Assembly: GCA_965112155.1 (NCBI GenBank)
Contig: OZ218103.1
Strand: one strand, 5' to 3'
Source of the DNA: Podarcis liolepis
Taxonomy: Eukaryota
DNA: 64,000 bases
Part shown: positions 1 through 13,408 of the stretch, one piece after another
Position numbering within the stretch: the first letter of the stretch is position 1
Layout: each line of letters opens with the position of its first letter
Notes under the pieces: model-generated
What the model was told of the DNA's origin: nothing
Databases searched by the model: none
What the model saw: only the letters and a program-made list of their open reading frames with translations
Position numbers and translations under genes: made by a program

Positions 1-203
1 TGTGCACTTGGCCGGCTGCCGATTCTTAGCTGGAGTTTTGCTTTTTAAGGTTTTTGCTGGTGCTGTTGCATTTAACCCAGAGTAGGGACACAGGAAGCTG
101 CTTGAAAGCAGGTTGGGATGGGGAAGAGTCCTGCCTGAAACCCTGAAGAGCTAGCTTAGTATTATGTGCATCAGGAGTGAAGGACATTTTTTAGCCCACA
201 GAT

Positions 204-496
204 TGGCGCTGTGGGTTAAACCACAGAGCCTAGGATTTGCCGGAGTGAGCTCCTGTTGCTCGGTCCCTGCTTCTGCCAACGTAGCAGTTCGAAAGCATGT
301 CAGAGTACAAGTAGATAAATAGGTACCGCTCTGGCGGGAAGGTAAACGGTGTTTCCGTGCGCTGCTCTGGTTCGCCAGAAGCGGCTTAGTCATGCTGGCC
401 ACATGACCCGGAAGCTGTACGCCGGCTCCCTCGGCCAATAAAGCGACCCCACAGTCGGCCACGACTGGACCTAATGGTCAGGGGTCCCTTTACCTA
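204..496 (+). mobile_element. Sauria SINE (internally deleted)
   Basis: tggcgctgtgggttaaaccacagagcctagg head, ctagcagttcgaaagca / gcgggaaggtaaacgg core and ccttta-cct tail, shared with the copies at 6904 and 57140. Confidence 0.85.
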
Positions 497-623
497 TCCT
501 TCCAGGAACTACATTCCAGTGATGGGCAGAGCCAACAGAAAAAGTGGGTGGGACCAAAACAGGAAGGACTGGAGCTGGCACGCATAGAGCAAATACCCCA
601 TGTACCCCCACTTTTTATATATA

Positions 624-798
624 CAGTGGACGCTCGGGTTGCGAATGCGATCCATGCAGGATGCACGTTCACAACCCGCAGCGTTCACAACCCGCAGCGG
701 CGTGTCTGCACACGCACAGGTTGCAATTCAGCAATTTTGGCGGGTCCGCAACCCGTAAAAATGCAACCTGAAGCATCTGTAACCCGAGGTATGACTGT
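624..798. mobile_element. Tc1/mariner (Tigger-like) non-autonomous element
   Basis: Imperfect TIRs cagtggacgctcgggtt ... aacccgaggtatgactg, flanked by TA on both sides. Confidence 0.65.
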
Positions 799-1669
799 AT
801 ATATAAAAAGTACCAAGGAGCTTGTATGCCAGTAGTGACTGTGGATGCATACAAGGCTCTCTTGACTTCTCAGATTACCTTACCTAGCAATTTGGAATAT
901 GTTTATTCAGAAATAGGTCTTGCTAGGTGCAATGGCCTTTATTCCAACATTAGCATGTTCAGACCGGTAGCACTGGTGTCATTTAGGCTTGCCTGTCTCC
1001 AAATCATCACCAGTTTTTATTGGTCAGTCAAATACAGGTTATAGCAAGCAAACAAACAAACAAAAACAGACAGGTCTCATAAACATAGCATATGTAGTTT
1101 AAAACATATATATAATACACATCACAGATATACACAAATAATGGAAAACTCAGGGCGCAAGAAAGGAATCTTGGGCTTTCCTGAATTGAGAGGCAGTCTG
1201 TTTGAGGTATTACCACCATACCTTTTAAAAAATAGATCGATTTGAGTAGGAGCTGCTGCAACAAAATGTTGCAGTGCAGAGTGCTCCCAAGTTCCAGCCA
1301 ACTATGGCCTTTTCTACCCTGCTCCCCCTTGTTTTCTGTGCTCACTCCTAAGAGTTAGCCAGCCTTCCATGGGCACTGAGCACACAGAGTCCTCATTAGG
1401 ATGTACTTGGGGTTCCTCTGGCCATGTTTTTCCTTTTCAAGTTTTGTGTAATTCTGGGGGGAGGGGGTTTCCCAAACCTATTGTGTGTGGATGGTGGTGC
1501 CATTTTGATTACATAAAGATAGGAACTTCGAGAGTGGATTCATTCTTAGGCTGCATATACACCATATGTTGAAAGCACATTATTTCCTCAACAGAATCCT
1601 GGGAGCTGTAGTATGTTAAGGGTGCTGTAGATTCTAGCTCTGTGAGGATCAAACTACAGTTCCCAGAAT

Positions 1670-1673
<4 letters not shown>

Positions 1674-1728
<55 letters not shown>
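1674..1728. repeat. (TC)n(TG)n compound microsatellite
   Basis: Directly visible. Confidence 0.95.
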
Positions 1729-1729
<1 letters not shown>

Positions 1730-4574
1730 TGGGGTGGATGGGTAACATGCTTCCAATGTGCTTTAAATGTATGGTGTATGTGCAGCCTTAGTATAAACTA
1801 GTTGGCAGACCACAACACAATATTGCAGTATATTCCTGCCATAGGGAGGGGTGTTACCTGAGCCTGTGGTTGGGGGCAGGGGATTAGCATGGAGGCCCCT
1901 GCTCTAACTTGGATGTTAAGCCGTATACAAAATGTATTATTTTTTTTTAAAGTTTTGACCGGTTAAAAGAGCAAACAGTTTGCACGCAAGTCAACAGAGC
2001 CTGAGGTTTCAGCATGCAGCCTGAGGAGGCAATTTAAGTAACCTGACCTTTGCTGCAACCTGAGAGGTGTGGGGTGTTTTTTGACTGGGAATCCAAATCA
2101 GCCTCAGCGCCACCTCTGACCTGCAGCGTTAACAGTGGAGCGCAGTTGCCTGGCTAGTGGAAGCTACTTGCGGCACAGGCCTCCAGCCTGCCAGAGGGGT
2201 GTAACAATGAACAGCCCTGCTGGATTGATGCACACTGGCTCAACCTGCAGCATAGGGATAAAAAAACAGCAGATAGCATTGCCAGATTTCTGGATTCTCC
2301 CAGTTTCTGCCCAACCTGCAACAGGGTACTGCAGAGTAACACTGCCAGGGTATTGTAAAGCACCCAGCACCTGCCCTGCAATATTCAGTGTGAACTACAC
2401 GGTTCAGTGTGGATAATGAACTGTATTTGCTTTGAAATGTACATTAGCAAGGTTTTTTTAAAAAAAGAAATAACATTAAATAATCAGTGAGTTCGAAAAA
2501 GCAGGATTTTTACCCCTTTTGCTGCTACCTTACGTTTTCGTTTAGTTTTGATTTATGAGGGGATGGGGGATGCACACTGCGGCCCAATCCTGGATACGTG
2601 AATTTCTCAATTGATTTGTATGGACAGTTCTCGTTTCCATCCCTCGGGACATTTGAAAACAACTTTTCACTGTGAGCCAAGAAACAATCTATCAGTAGAG
2701 ATGGAGAGCGGGTCATTCCACACTTTCTATCATCATCTCTTCTTTCTTCCGACCATCCCAGTCACTTCATTCTATTCCCACTTCAACCCAGATACCAGCT
2801 TTCCCCCCCTACAGACATTATATTTATCCGTATTGGGATGTTTTAGGATTCTAGCCCCAATTTATACTTTTTTCTCCTTATTTTGTGTCCCTACAAACTT
2901 TGGGCCTCCCCCAAGTCTACTAATACCTCTCACTTCTGCATGGGTAAATGTTTTTGCCCTATTCTTGTGTGTTTTTTAGTCTTGCACCCCGTGAGATGTG
3001 CATGACCACACACACACACACATTTGCTTGTCATAAAATCATAGAATTTAGAGTTGCAAGGATCAACCCAGATGATCAACTAGTCCAACCCTTTGCAACG
3101 CAGGGATATGCAGCTGTCCCATACCTGCATCCTTGGCATTTATCATTACCACACTCTAATCAACTGAGCTCTCCAGGCTTAGTTCTCTTTAATAAACAAA
3201 AAAGTAATTCAAAGCTGAACAAGAGAATGTAGCTATGGCGGCGAGAGCATCGCCTGGAGCATTTATACTGCCGAAAACCATATGCTGCTCTCTGTTTAGA
3301 TGAATGAGAAGGGTTATACTGCGGTATGAGCCAGAACAAGTCGTCGCCATCATCATCACCATGTTTCCAAACCCACTCCCCTTCAAAAAAAAGTTTGTAA
3401 AAGTTGTACAAAAGACTGTGGATTTATCTTTGCAGTTTTATACGAGAGCTTGAAGGGGGAACCATTTCTGTGGCTGTATGTATTTCGTCATTTGCTAATT
3501 AGGGAGTATATTCATGAGCTGCATATGTGCAGTTTCAGTAATATACATTGAAAGGCTGTAAAGCCAACAGAAAGAGAGGAAGAGGCAGAGAGAAGGAGAG
3601 GAAGAGAGAGAGAGAGAGAAGTAAAAAGCTAGCAAGCAAGCAAAGTCCAAAGCTTAAACTCAGACTGCCTGGAGGCATATGGAATTCTACGTCTGTTTAC
3701 TCTGCCATGCAATTAAACAAATGAAATATTTCACATATGAGTCACAGCTATGTTAGACATACACATAGTGGTTTTAAAGTGGGGGGGGGAGTATTTCTTT
3801 ACCGAAACCAGAATGGGCGGGGGGGGGGGGAACCCTTTATGAGCACATAAGTTTATTGCTTGCATATGCAACGCCAGTGCTTCTGTGCCAAAGCAAAGGG
3901 CTGGAAAAGCATTTTAGGTATCAAGAGTATAAATAGTTGCACAGAAAGTCTTTTGTGTGTGCAGCAGGGTAGCTTCTAAGAACAGATAGCCATTTGTATT
4001 GTACCCTTTTAGGGAGTTCACAGCTCTTCAAATACATTATCTCCGCTCTCTTTACAACAGCCGTCAGTAGGCCAATGTTATCACCTCCGTATCACAGAAG
4101 AGAAGCTACGAATGATAAAACATTTTGCTGCCTATAAGGGCTCCTTCTGAAGTGATGGCACAGTTGAGATTTGCACTGGGGCTTCAGAGTAGGGTTAAAA
4201 GAGGACAGTGCTGACCTTATTAGTTTATGGCACGTGGCTCATTTGTGCTGACCTTTGAGGGGTTTGCTAAGGCTAGGTCTCTGCTACTGAGTTGCCAAAT
4301 ACAACACCGGAGAGTGTTCGTGTGCTTTTGAAAGCTGCATTTAAAGGAAAAGACTGAACAGGGAAGCTTCTCCCATCAGAGTGCTGCAGTGCTTTGCAAA
4401 GCAGCACCTGTCAGAAGTCCCCTCTTTGCAACCATTAAAAGCATTTGAGCTCCTGCTCCTTTTACTGAACCCCGGTACCCTAACACATGGCAATCAACTA
4501 ATTAAAGAGCTTCTGCCTAAGCAGCTCTCAAATCATGGAAATAAGAGTCACAATAGAACAACGCGCACACACAT

Positions 4575-4941
4575 TTCCCTTCCAACATTTTTCTGATGAA
4601 AATAGGGACGGCCTATTAAACAACCACCACCATCACAACAACAACGATGTTATTATTTATACCCCGTCCATGTGACTGGGCTGCCCCAGCCACTCTGGGC
4701 AGCTTCCAACATATATAAAAACAAAATGAAACATTAAAAATTTCCCTATACACGCCTTTGGGTGTCTTTGAAAGGTTGTATAGTTAATTATCTCCTTGGG
4801 GGTTGAAAAACTCCTTACCCTCCAACATTTCTCTGGTGGAAATAGGGATATCCTAAGGACATTCTGGGATCAAATCAGAAACCGGGACGTCTTCTGTAAA
4901 TCTGGGACTGTCCCTGGAAAATAGGACATTTGGAGGGTCTG
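4575..4941. mobile_element. Non-autonomous repeat with ccctccaacatttct subrepeats containing an L2 3'-end fragment
   Basis: Reverse-complement homologue at 22056-22423 has the same internal L2-like segment (ccccagccactctgggcagcttccaaca). Confidence 0.6.
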
Positions 4942-6420
4942 CATGAGAAGCGGGAAGCAACGGCATTAAGATTTTCCATCCTAGATAAATATATTTAGCT
5001 GACTCTGTTGTATACATGCAATCAGGTCTGTGAAGGGTTCTGTACCCCCCGCCCCACCCTAACCTCACAGTAAGCCTGGTCTTCAGATGGTGATTGCTGT
5101 TGAGAATTTTTAAAGGTCAAAGATATTCAAAATATTTGCATTCCTCCTATGGATAAAAGCACTGGTTTATTCTAATCTCTGCTCTAATAGTTTGATTTCC
5201 CAGACATCTCTCTTGGCATAATCTTTCCTATTCATTCCAAAAGCACTGGCAACATTTCAATAATTTTTTTGGGGGGTGGGGAGGAGGCAGGGAAATACCA
5301 CATATGCACTAATTTGTTTATAAACTCATATGCTGTTTGGAAGATTAGGGTTGGAGTCCAGAAACCGCAAGCTCACAAACGGTCCACTTTGCCTCACTGC
5401 TGAATAGCTTGTTTCAGGCTTGCAACAGCTGGAATATTTTTAGAACGTCTCTTAATACTAATAATTAAAACCCATTTCTTAAGTTTTTCAAAAAAGCAGG
5501 TCTCCCTTTCTGCCAAAGATGGAAACAGATGGGTTAGGAAACGCTGACGGTCGTTTTTGAAAAATGGTTTGTCATCTGTGATCCGGAGTGCATATGGTTG
5601 CTTCTAGTGCTGTTTAACCCTTCAGCAGGCAATGTATAATGCTGAACACAAACACTGCTCCACTATATTGCCTTCTGAGGAGGTGGTGGGGTGAAGCATG
5701 GCTTGATTTGAAAGCAAATAGAAACCCTAAGATACAGGAGACCTTCAGACTGAAGAATGCACCTGGGAATCACCCAGGGGTGTGGGTGTAAATTTTGCCC
5801 TGTAGGGACCCCCAACCAGCCACCTGCCTTCTTAATTTGCCCAAAGTCCTTTAAGAACTGTAGCAACACCCCTGCCTGTATAACTTGATCTGGGGTGTAT
5901 AACTTGTATAACTTGATGTGGGGTGCAAGAGAAGTCCTGATCCCAAAACTGACCTCTACGTTTGCTGACCACGTCAACTTGTGGAGCATAAGAATGGGAA
6001 GGCTGGTTTTAAAAAAATTGCAATTAGAGGGTAGCATTACAGAAGGAAATCCCAAATGGTATCTGGGTGATACTTGTGGGGAATGAGGGTGATGTTATTG
6101 TTTTCTTTGGACCCGAAGCCACAAAAGGAAAAGAATGTCGCATAGGCCACTGTGGCACAAAACCTGATTTTTATTTTTATTTTTACTAAGGGTTGTCCCT
6201 GCTGTCTTATTGTTTAGGAAGTTCAAAAAACTTGCTGGGATGAAGCGCAGGTAAGAGCAGAGGCATGATATAAGAGAAATCATAAGCAGCCTGGTTCTCC
6301 AAGAATGTTCTTAACACATCGGGGGGGGGGTGTATTGGACATCAGGTATGAGAATTCCTGCAGTTTACAGAGCCGTATGAAAAATACAGAACTCATTATA
6401 TGATGTATATTGGGATATAT

Positions 6421-6556
6421 CAGGCTTCCTCAACCTCGACCCTCCAGGTGTTATGGGACTACAACTCCCAAGATCCCTAGCTAGCAGGACCAGTGGTCAG
6501 GGATGATGGGAATTGTAGTCTCAAAACATCTGGAGGTCCAAAGTTGAGGAAGCCTG
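6421..6556. mobile_element. hAT MITE
   Basis: TIRs caggcttcctcaac / gttgaggaagcctg and perfect 8-bp TSD ggatatat (6413-6420, 6557-6564). Confidence 0.85.
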
Positions 6557-6589
6557 GGATATATGATATACTATGAGAATATAACTCAT

Positions 6590-6903
6590 TATATGATGTA
6601 TAATGAAATTAAAAAGATGTTCAAGTTGATGATTCCCAAGAAACCCAAAGCTTTTCTTTTAGGAATTATAGATAACAATGTAGTAAAAAAGTAATTTATT
6701 CATGTATATAATGACAGCGGCATGAATACTGTATGCCCAAAGAAAGGAGGACGGAGAAGTTGCAACAAAGGAAGACTGGCTTTTGACAAGGATGGAATTC
6801 GTGGAACTGGCAAGGTTAACAGCAGAGACGCAAATGATGAAAAATTCCTTGAGGACTAGAGACCTTTTATTGTGTATTTAAAGAACTACTATGGTGAGAT
6901 GAA
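6590..6903 (+). mobile_element. Degenerate L1 ORF2 C-terminal fragment
   Basis: Translates in pieces to YNEIKKMFKLMIPKKPKAFLLGII...LFMY...EDWLL..MEFVELARLT, typical of the squamate L1 ORF2 end. Confidence 0.6.
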
Positions 6904-7259
6904 GGGGACGCGGGTGGTGCTGTGGGTAAAACCTCAGCGCCTAGGACTTGCCGATCGCATGGTCGGCGGTTCGAATCCCCGCGACGGGGTGCGCTCCTGT
7001 CATTCGGTCCCAGCGCCTGCCAACCTAGCAGTTCGAAAGCACCTCCGGGTGCAAGTAGATAAATAGGGACCGCTTACCAGCGGGAAGGTAAACGCCGTTT
7101 CCGTGTGCTGCGCTGGCTCGCCAGATGCAGCTTGTCACGCTGGCCATGTGACCCGGAAGTGTCTGCGGACAGCGCTGGCTCCCGGCCTATAGAGTGAGAT
7201 GAGCGCACAACCCTAGAGTTTGTCAAGACTGGCCCGTATGGGCAGGGGTACCTTTACCT
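6904..7259 (+). mobile_element. Full-length Sauria SINE inserted in the L1 remnant
   Basis: B box ggttcgaatcc, tacctttacc tail, TSD at(g/a)gtgagatgaa (6891-6903 / 7260-7272). Confidence 0.9.
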
Positions 7260-8281
7260 ATAGTGAGATGAAATATGAGCAATAGTGTGAATTATTAAGA
7301 CAATTTGGTTAAATAGTATATGTGAAATATGCAGCATTCAAGGGTAATAAATATGGAAAGGGAGGATGGGAAGTCAATGCATAATGTAATTTACAATCTA
7401 TGTTAAAAAAATGGGGGGGGGGAGAGACAAAGAAAAATACAGAACTTATTCCACGCTTGCCAGCTCTTGGGTTAACAACTCTAAACACGTTGTTCTAAGC
7501 ATATTCCAGTTGTGTCACACGGTTATTGAACAGGCTGTACTGTGCGATAAAAGAGGCAATCCCTACATTGCAAGTCTTTCTGACTGGATGTTGTTGCATA
7601 TTTGTGTGATGGATAGGTCCCTGTTTGGGCACCTATTAGCAGGTCAAAGCCTGCAGGCCTTGAAAGGAAGAATCTTGGGAGACACACACAACTGTCTTAG
7701 GCAGTTGTAACCTGCCGGGCCTGTTTGGTAGCTTCCCTCCTCCTAACTGTTAGAGCAAGCAGAGAAAACTCCCCAGGAGAAGCCAACCACCTATGTCAAC
7801 AACAAAAATCCCTGAAATAGTAAGTGTGGCTTTTGAAAACCTTTAAGCAACTGCTGGTTATTTATTTTTATTTTTGAAATGGCATATGTTCTAGGCAAAT
7901 CCCTGTGGTGGTTTGAGGGGAAATGATATTGATAAGCCATATCCCGCACCCCAAATGCTTTGCTTTCAGCTGAAGAACACTCAGAGCAAGGAAACCATTT
8001 TATTTTTTTACAACTGACTCAGGCATGGTTTTCCAAGAATAAGGTTGCTCCTGCAACGATCTTCGGATAAACACATTACGCAAACGGATTCCCTAACAAG
8101 CCACACTCTCTTTGGAACCAGAGCCTGAGATTTGCTGATAAGAAGAAATTGGTAAAGATAAATTTATTCTGCATAGAAATGTCCATTATGCGATATAGTC
8201 AGGCATTTTACAGGGCTTCATGTAAATGCAACATGCACACTGGCTCCTACTGCCATGCGAGCTGGTCTTTGACCGTAATAA

Positions 8282-8283
<2 letters not shown>

Positions 8284-8328
<45 letters not shown>
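8284..8328. repeat. (TATC)n microsatellite
   Basis: Directly visible. Confidence 0.95.
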
Positions 8329-9695
8329 GGCTCCTACTGCCAAAGGTTATATCATCCCTGCCCAGGGGCGCCGACTTATAAAAAACATTGGGGGAGCCCG
8401 CGAAAGCTCATGAATAATAAATAAGCTCATGAATATGCAGATAAAGTGGCGCCGCCTCCTCGTGAGCGAATAGGGGAGAACGTGCTGCGCCTATTAATCA
8501 GCTCCGAAGGAAATTGGGTGGAGCTTTTGCTCGGGAGGGAGGGCAGGAGGCATGCAGCCCGACCCTGTGCATTTTGGGCTGGGGGAGGGGCGGCGGTGGC
8601 GCTCTGCTGGAGGGGCGCCCGAGATTATTGGGGGGGCAGAGCCCCCCCAAACGAATTTTTGAGGGGGCTCGGGCCCCCTCAGGCCCCATGGAGTCGGCGC
8701 CTATGTCCCTGCCCTAAAGGCAGAATCCAGCCTTCAGCAACCCAGTGTTACACTATACAATATGCCACATTGCCATGAGGACAGAGATGGGGTGGGTGGG
8801 AATCAATCATCAAACTCATCAAACTGCAGCATGCCAGAATCAGAAGATACCAGCGCTGTCTCATGCCAGATAAGTAACACAATGCAATTCAAGGAGCAGT
8901 TCAGTTAGCCACATGCTCTAAGAGAAGATGACAAGGGGCTGGGGTTTTTAGCCACCCAAGCCAACCAGGGGAAGATGCCTTTATTATCCAACATTGTGAT
9001 GAGTGTGGAGCCACAGAGAATCTTCTAGAGCAGCCTTCTCCAACCTAGGATCTTACAGTTTGGGGCTACAACTCACGACCACCAGCCTTAGCTGTGCTAC
9101 CTGAGACGGACGGCAGTCGTAGTCCAAAAAAAGATCTGAAGAGTGCCAGTTTGGGGAAGGTGGCCTTACAACAAATATTTTGAGGGCCTCTTGCATTCTA
9201 CAACATCCATATCTCATCTCAGAGGCTCTCTCAACCTCTTACTGCCAGAGATAAGAGGTAAGCCAACCTAATACTAGGTTGGAATACTAGGCGAAGAAGA
9301 ATCCTTCTGGACCCAGGTGCAGTGTCAGGGAGACACCGATGAAAATGGAACCAAAGTCATCACCTGTATATATTGAAGGCCATGTGGCTCTCTGCTTCTG
9401 TGACATCACCACTGTTCAGAAACCTCTTCCTATTCTCCATCTGAAGCTTATGAATGGACAGCTTGAAGTTACCATTTCCCATACCAATATTCTTCATTAA
9501 TACTGATTGTTCTCTCCACTCTACTGAGTTTGTAGAGTGCCGTCATGACCCTCTCTTTCTAATCAAACCCACTTGTTCCGTGCGAATACTTTATTTCAAG
9601 CATTGCCCTCCCTGTTCCACACCGTGATTCTGAAACAACCGAGAATAATCCAATGCACCTTCCAGGCTCTCTATTTTCTGTGCAAAAATGCTGAT

Positions 9696-10120
9696 TTGTT
9701 GTTGTTTAGTCGTTTAGTCGTGTCCGACTCTTCGTGACCCCATGGACCAGAGCACGCCAGGCACTCCTGTCTTCCACTGCCTCCCGCAGTTTGGTCAAAC
9801 TCATGCTGGTAGCTTGGAGAACACTGTCCAACCATCTCGTCCTCTGTCGTCCCCTTCTCCTTGTGCCCTCCATCTTTCCCAACATCAGGGTCTTTTCCAG
9901 GGAGTCTTCTCATGAGGTGGCCAAAGTACTGGAGCCTCAGCTTCACGATCTGTCCTTCCAGTGAGCACTCAGGGCTGATTTCCTTAAGAATGGAGAGGTT
10001 TGATCTTTTTGCAGTCCATGGGACTCTCAAGAGTCTCCTCCAGCACCATAATTCAAAAGCATCAATTCTTCAGTGATCTGCCTTCTTTATGGCCCAGCTC
10101 TCACTTCCACACATCACTAC
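9696..10120 (-). mobile_element. BovB/RTE LINE 3' fragment
   Basis: Minus-strand peptide RVPWTAKRSNLSILKEISPECSLEGQIVKLRLQYFGHLMRR (BovB ORF C-terminus) and a (CAA)n tail. Confidence 0.9.
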
Positions 10121-11541
10121 TGATACAAATATGCAAAAATGCAGCGACACAGAAGTGTGGCTTAAGAGCATGATGTCCTGGTTATAATATTAATCCCAAG
10201 AGTAATTACACAAAGAAAAGACAGAAGCATGTAACAAAAGTAATAGTCACCTCCTAACAACTCTCAGCACCCTTGGCAAACTACAGTTCCCAGGATTCTT
10301 TGGGGGTAGCCTGCTTAAAGTGGTAGGATATCTATTTAGATGTTTAGTGATGGGGGGCACACAGTTTTACTGTTTCTTCTTGAGGTGGGGAATATTTCTT
10401 CCACAAAGGGGCAGGGAAGTGGTCAGCAGGGGGTACAAAGGCAGAACTCATTCACACATACATATGTCATGCCTCATTCTCTGACTCTCTCTCTCTAAAC
10501 GCCCCCCTCCCCTACGGGTACACAAACAGCTGCAGAAAAATTCAGCGAGGCTTCAAGTGAAGAGTTCACCTACACTAAACATACATGTGGTATTTCCTGT
10601 TTATCTTCTTTCTGGGCCACAAAGAGACTTGCAATTTTTCAATTCCCCGAATCCCACTAGCTTCCACTGTCTGGGTGAGGACTATCAGTCAAGTGAGAGG
10701 AGTGGAAGTTCTTTCCTCCCCTTGTATCCCAGTTCCCTCAACTTTTGATACTTCTCCCAAATTCCTTTCCCTCAGACCTCCCACCACAGACAGAAGACGT
10801 CTATAACTGCTTTCGGCTAAGTTTATCTTGTTCCAAGACTGCTCAAGTAGCCCGACAGGGAATGCTTTGCGAGGGCAGTAGAAAGGGAACAAAAAGAGGC
10901 AACGACTTGTTCATACTCTCTCCCTCAGGGCAGACACAGAGGGCACCATCATCACCATACTGTAATCACAGTGAAGTCTCTAAATGTTGAGAAATGTGGG
11001 AAAGCCGTGGAATCTAACGCAGAACACAGAGCCTTGTGCTGATTCACAAAACCAACTGGACCCTTCGAGTTTTCCTGATGAATGCTGAAAAACAATTATC
11101 TCAACCTAGTGAGGACCTTTATGGGTCTTTATCTTTAAACTGGACTTGGACTCGGCAGCCCTTTAAACAGGGGACTGTCCTCTGTAAAATAGGACACATG
11201 GACACCCCAGCAGTTAGTAGAGAGCTAGGAGGGGAAATAGAATTGAACACAGGAAAAAGGGTGGATGTCAAGAAGCAGGGCTTTCAGATATCAGACTGAA
11301 GCAACTATTTGGCTGCAAGCTTCTACTGTGGTTTCTGAAACTTCTAAAAACTGTATAGCAAATAGATAAGAGTGAGAAATCCCTACTCCCACAAAGAACT
11401 GAGAGGGCCAAAAAGACAACACATTCCAATTTACTTTTAAATATAGATTCTGGCTGCGATCATCACCCATGCTTTCGTTTGCATGTTACATTTTGGCAAC
11501 GTATCCCTAAAATCTCTGGGTTAGTCTGTATCCAGGCAATA

Positions 11542-11767
11542 CAGTGGTACCTCAGGTTAAGTACTTAACTCGTTCCGGAGGTCCGTACGTAACCTGAAAC
11601 TGTTCTTAACCTGAAGCACCACTTTAGCTAATGGGGCCTCCTGCTGCTGCCGCGCCGCCGGAGCACGATTTCTGTTCTCATCCTGAAGCAAAGTTCTTAA
11701 CCTGAAGCACTATTTCTGGGTTAGCAGAGTCTGTAACCTGAAGTGTATGTAACCTGAGGTACCACTG
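11542..11767. mobile_element. Tc1/mariner (Tigger-like) MITE
   Basis: TIRs cagtggtacctcaggtta / taacctgaggtaccactg with TA flank; sister copies at 18849 and 33932. Confidence 0.85.
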
Positions 11768-11768
11768 T

Positions 11769-11967
11769 NNNNNNNNNNNNNNNNNNNNNNNNNNNNNNNN
11801 NNNNNNNNNNNNNNNNNNNNNNNNNNNNNNNNNNNNNNNNNNNNNNNNNNNNNNNNNNNNNNNNNNNNNNNNNNNNNNNNNNNNNNNNNNNNNNNNNNNN
11901 NNNNNNNNNNNNNNNNNNNNNNNNNNNNNNNNNNNNNNNNNNNNNNNNNNNNNNNNNNNNNNNNNNN
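11769..11967. other. Assembly gap (N run)
   Basis: Run of n. Confidence 1.
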
Positions 11968-13196
11968 AAAGAAGTAATTGACTGAATGAGAATATCCTTA
12001 CGGATTTCTCAAGACACAGTGTCCACTTCCCCATAAAGAATGAATCCGTAGTATTCCCTGTAAGTTGCCCTTGGCCAGAAAATAAAACAGTACAGTATTA
12101 AGGGTATTTTTATTGCCTGAAGTAAAAAAAAGAGTCCCCTTGGAGGAACAGCAAGCTACATCTAACTGTTAAATCCTTCACTCTTCAGAACAAATGAAGG
12201 GAAAGAATGCCCTGAGGTAGAACGAAGACTGCCACCACAAGCGGAAGAGACTGGCAGATTTCCAAATACGGATGGACCACAGTTCATTTGCATAAAAATT
12301 AAGTCACTTCCAGCTGTCCTCCTCTTCAGTGGTGCAGGTGCAGACTCAGCGTGCAGCCGCCTTTGATGAGCTCAACCAATGGCAATGGAGCTTTTCAAGG
12401 ACTGGGACCTGTGAACTCCCCCAACAAAAATCAAATCAGGGCACCATGTGAAGAGTCATGTTTCTCAGATACAGAAAACAGTTTGAAAGCATCTGGGAGT
12501 CAAGGGAATTCCTGTGGTTGTGCACTTAGAGCACTGTTTGGGTGTGGACGCTTCATGTTTGAACCGCTGCTCACTTTGTGGCCTCGTCTCTCAGCCTAAC
12601 CTACCCCTGAAGACCTTCAACTTGTTTGGGTAGCGCACTGGCGGCCAGTGCAGTTCTTTCGGCAGTGGCATTGCGCATTGTTCAAAGGACCACCGCTTCT
12701 GCGATCTCATTGCACCCTTCTGCACCGGCCGCAGCTTCCAGATCAGCCGTAAGGAGAGTCGCACACAGTGTCCTGGTTGGAGGTAGCTGAGCAGTTCTGA
12801 CATAGAAAACTCCCAGCATGCTCGCTGTCCACACACACCTGACTTCTGCAGGTTCTTAGGCTGTCCTCCATCGCTGTACCAGGGTAACATCCTAGATGCT
12901 GGGATCGCAAGCCATGTCACTGTACCAGCCACTGCACCTGGTAACGTTTGGCTTGTGGATGAGGCCGGACCATCTCAGGACGAGAGTATCTTGTGAGACC
13001 CAGGTGGTAGGATGTAGTTGGGAGCACGTGACCAGAAAACCAAGGACCCAGCATCAAAAACCAATTCCGCAGCCGGCGTCTGGTGCAATGACAGCGGAAA
13101 AGTGACTAGTCATGTTTTAAAAAGGAAATAATATGTACTAGGACATTGGATATGGTTCAGCCCAAACCTCAACGTCCAGTAATCAAACCATGGTTA

Positions 13197-13408
13197 TAAT
13201 CATAGAATCATAGAGTTGGAATAGACCACAAGGGCCATCGAGTCCAACCCCCTGCCAAGCAGGAAACACCATCAGAGCACTCCTGACATATGGTTGTCAA
13301 GCCTCTGCTTAAAGACCTCCAAAGAAGGAGACTCCACCACACTCCTTGGCAGCAAATTCCACTGTCGAACAGCTCTTACTGTCAGGAAGTTCTTCCTAAT
13401 GTTTAGAT
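13197..13408 (-). mobile_element. CR1 LINE 3' end
   Basis: aatcatagaatcatagagttgga... is the reverse complement of the CR1 (ATTCTATG)n terminus, followed by the typical CR1 3' UTR. Confidence 0.85.

Noticed and set aside
2525-2716. Minus-strand ORF as a possible SYDE2 upstream exon (SYDE2 is the expected syntenic neighbour)
   Set aside because: No similarity to SYDE2 that I can recognise; no supportable call.
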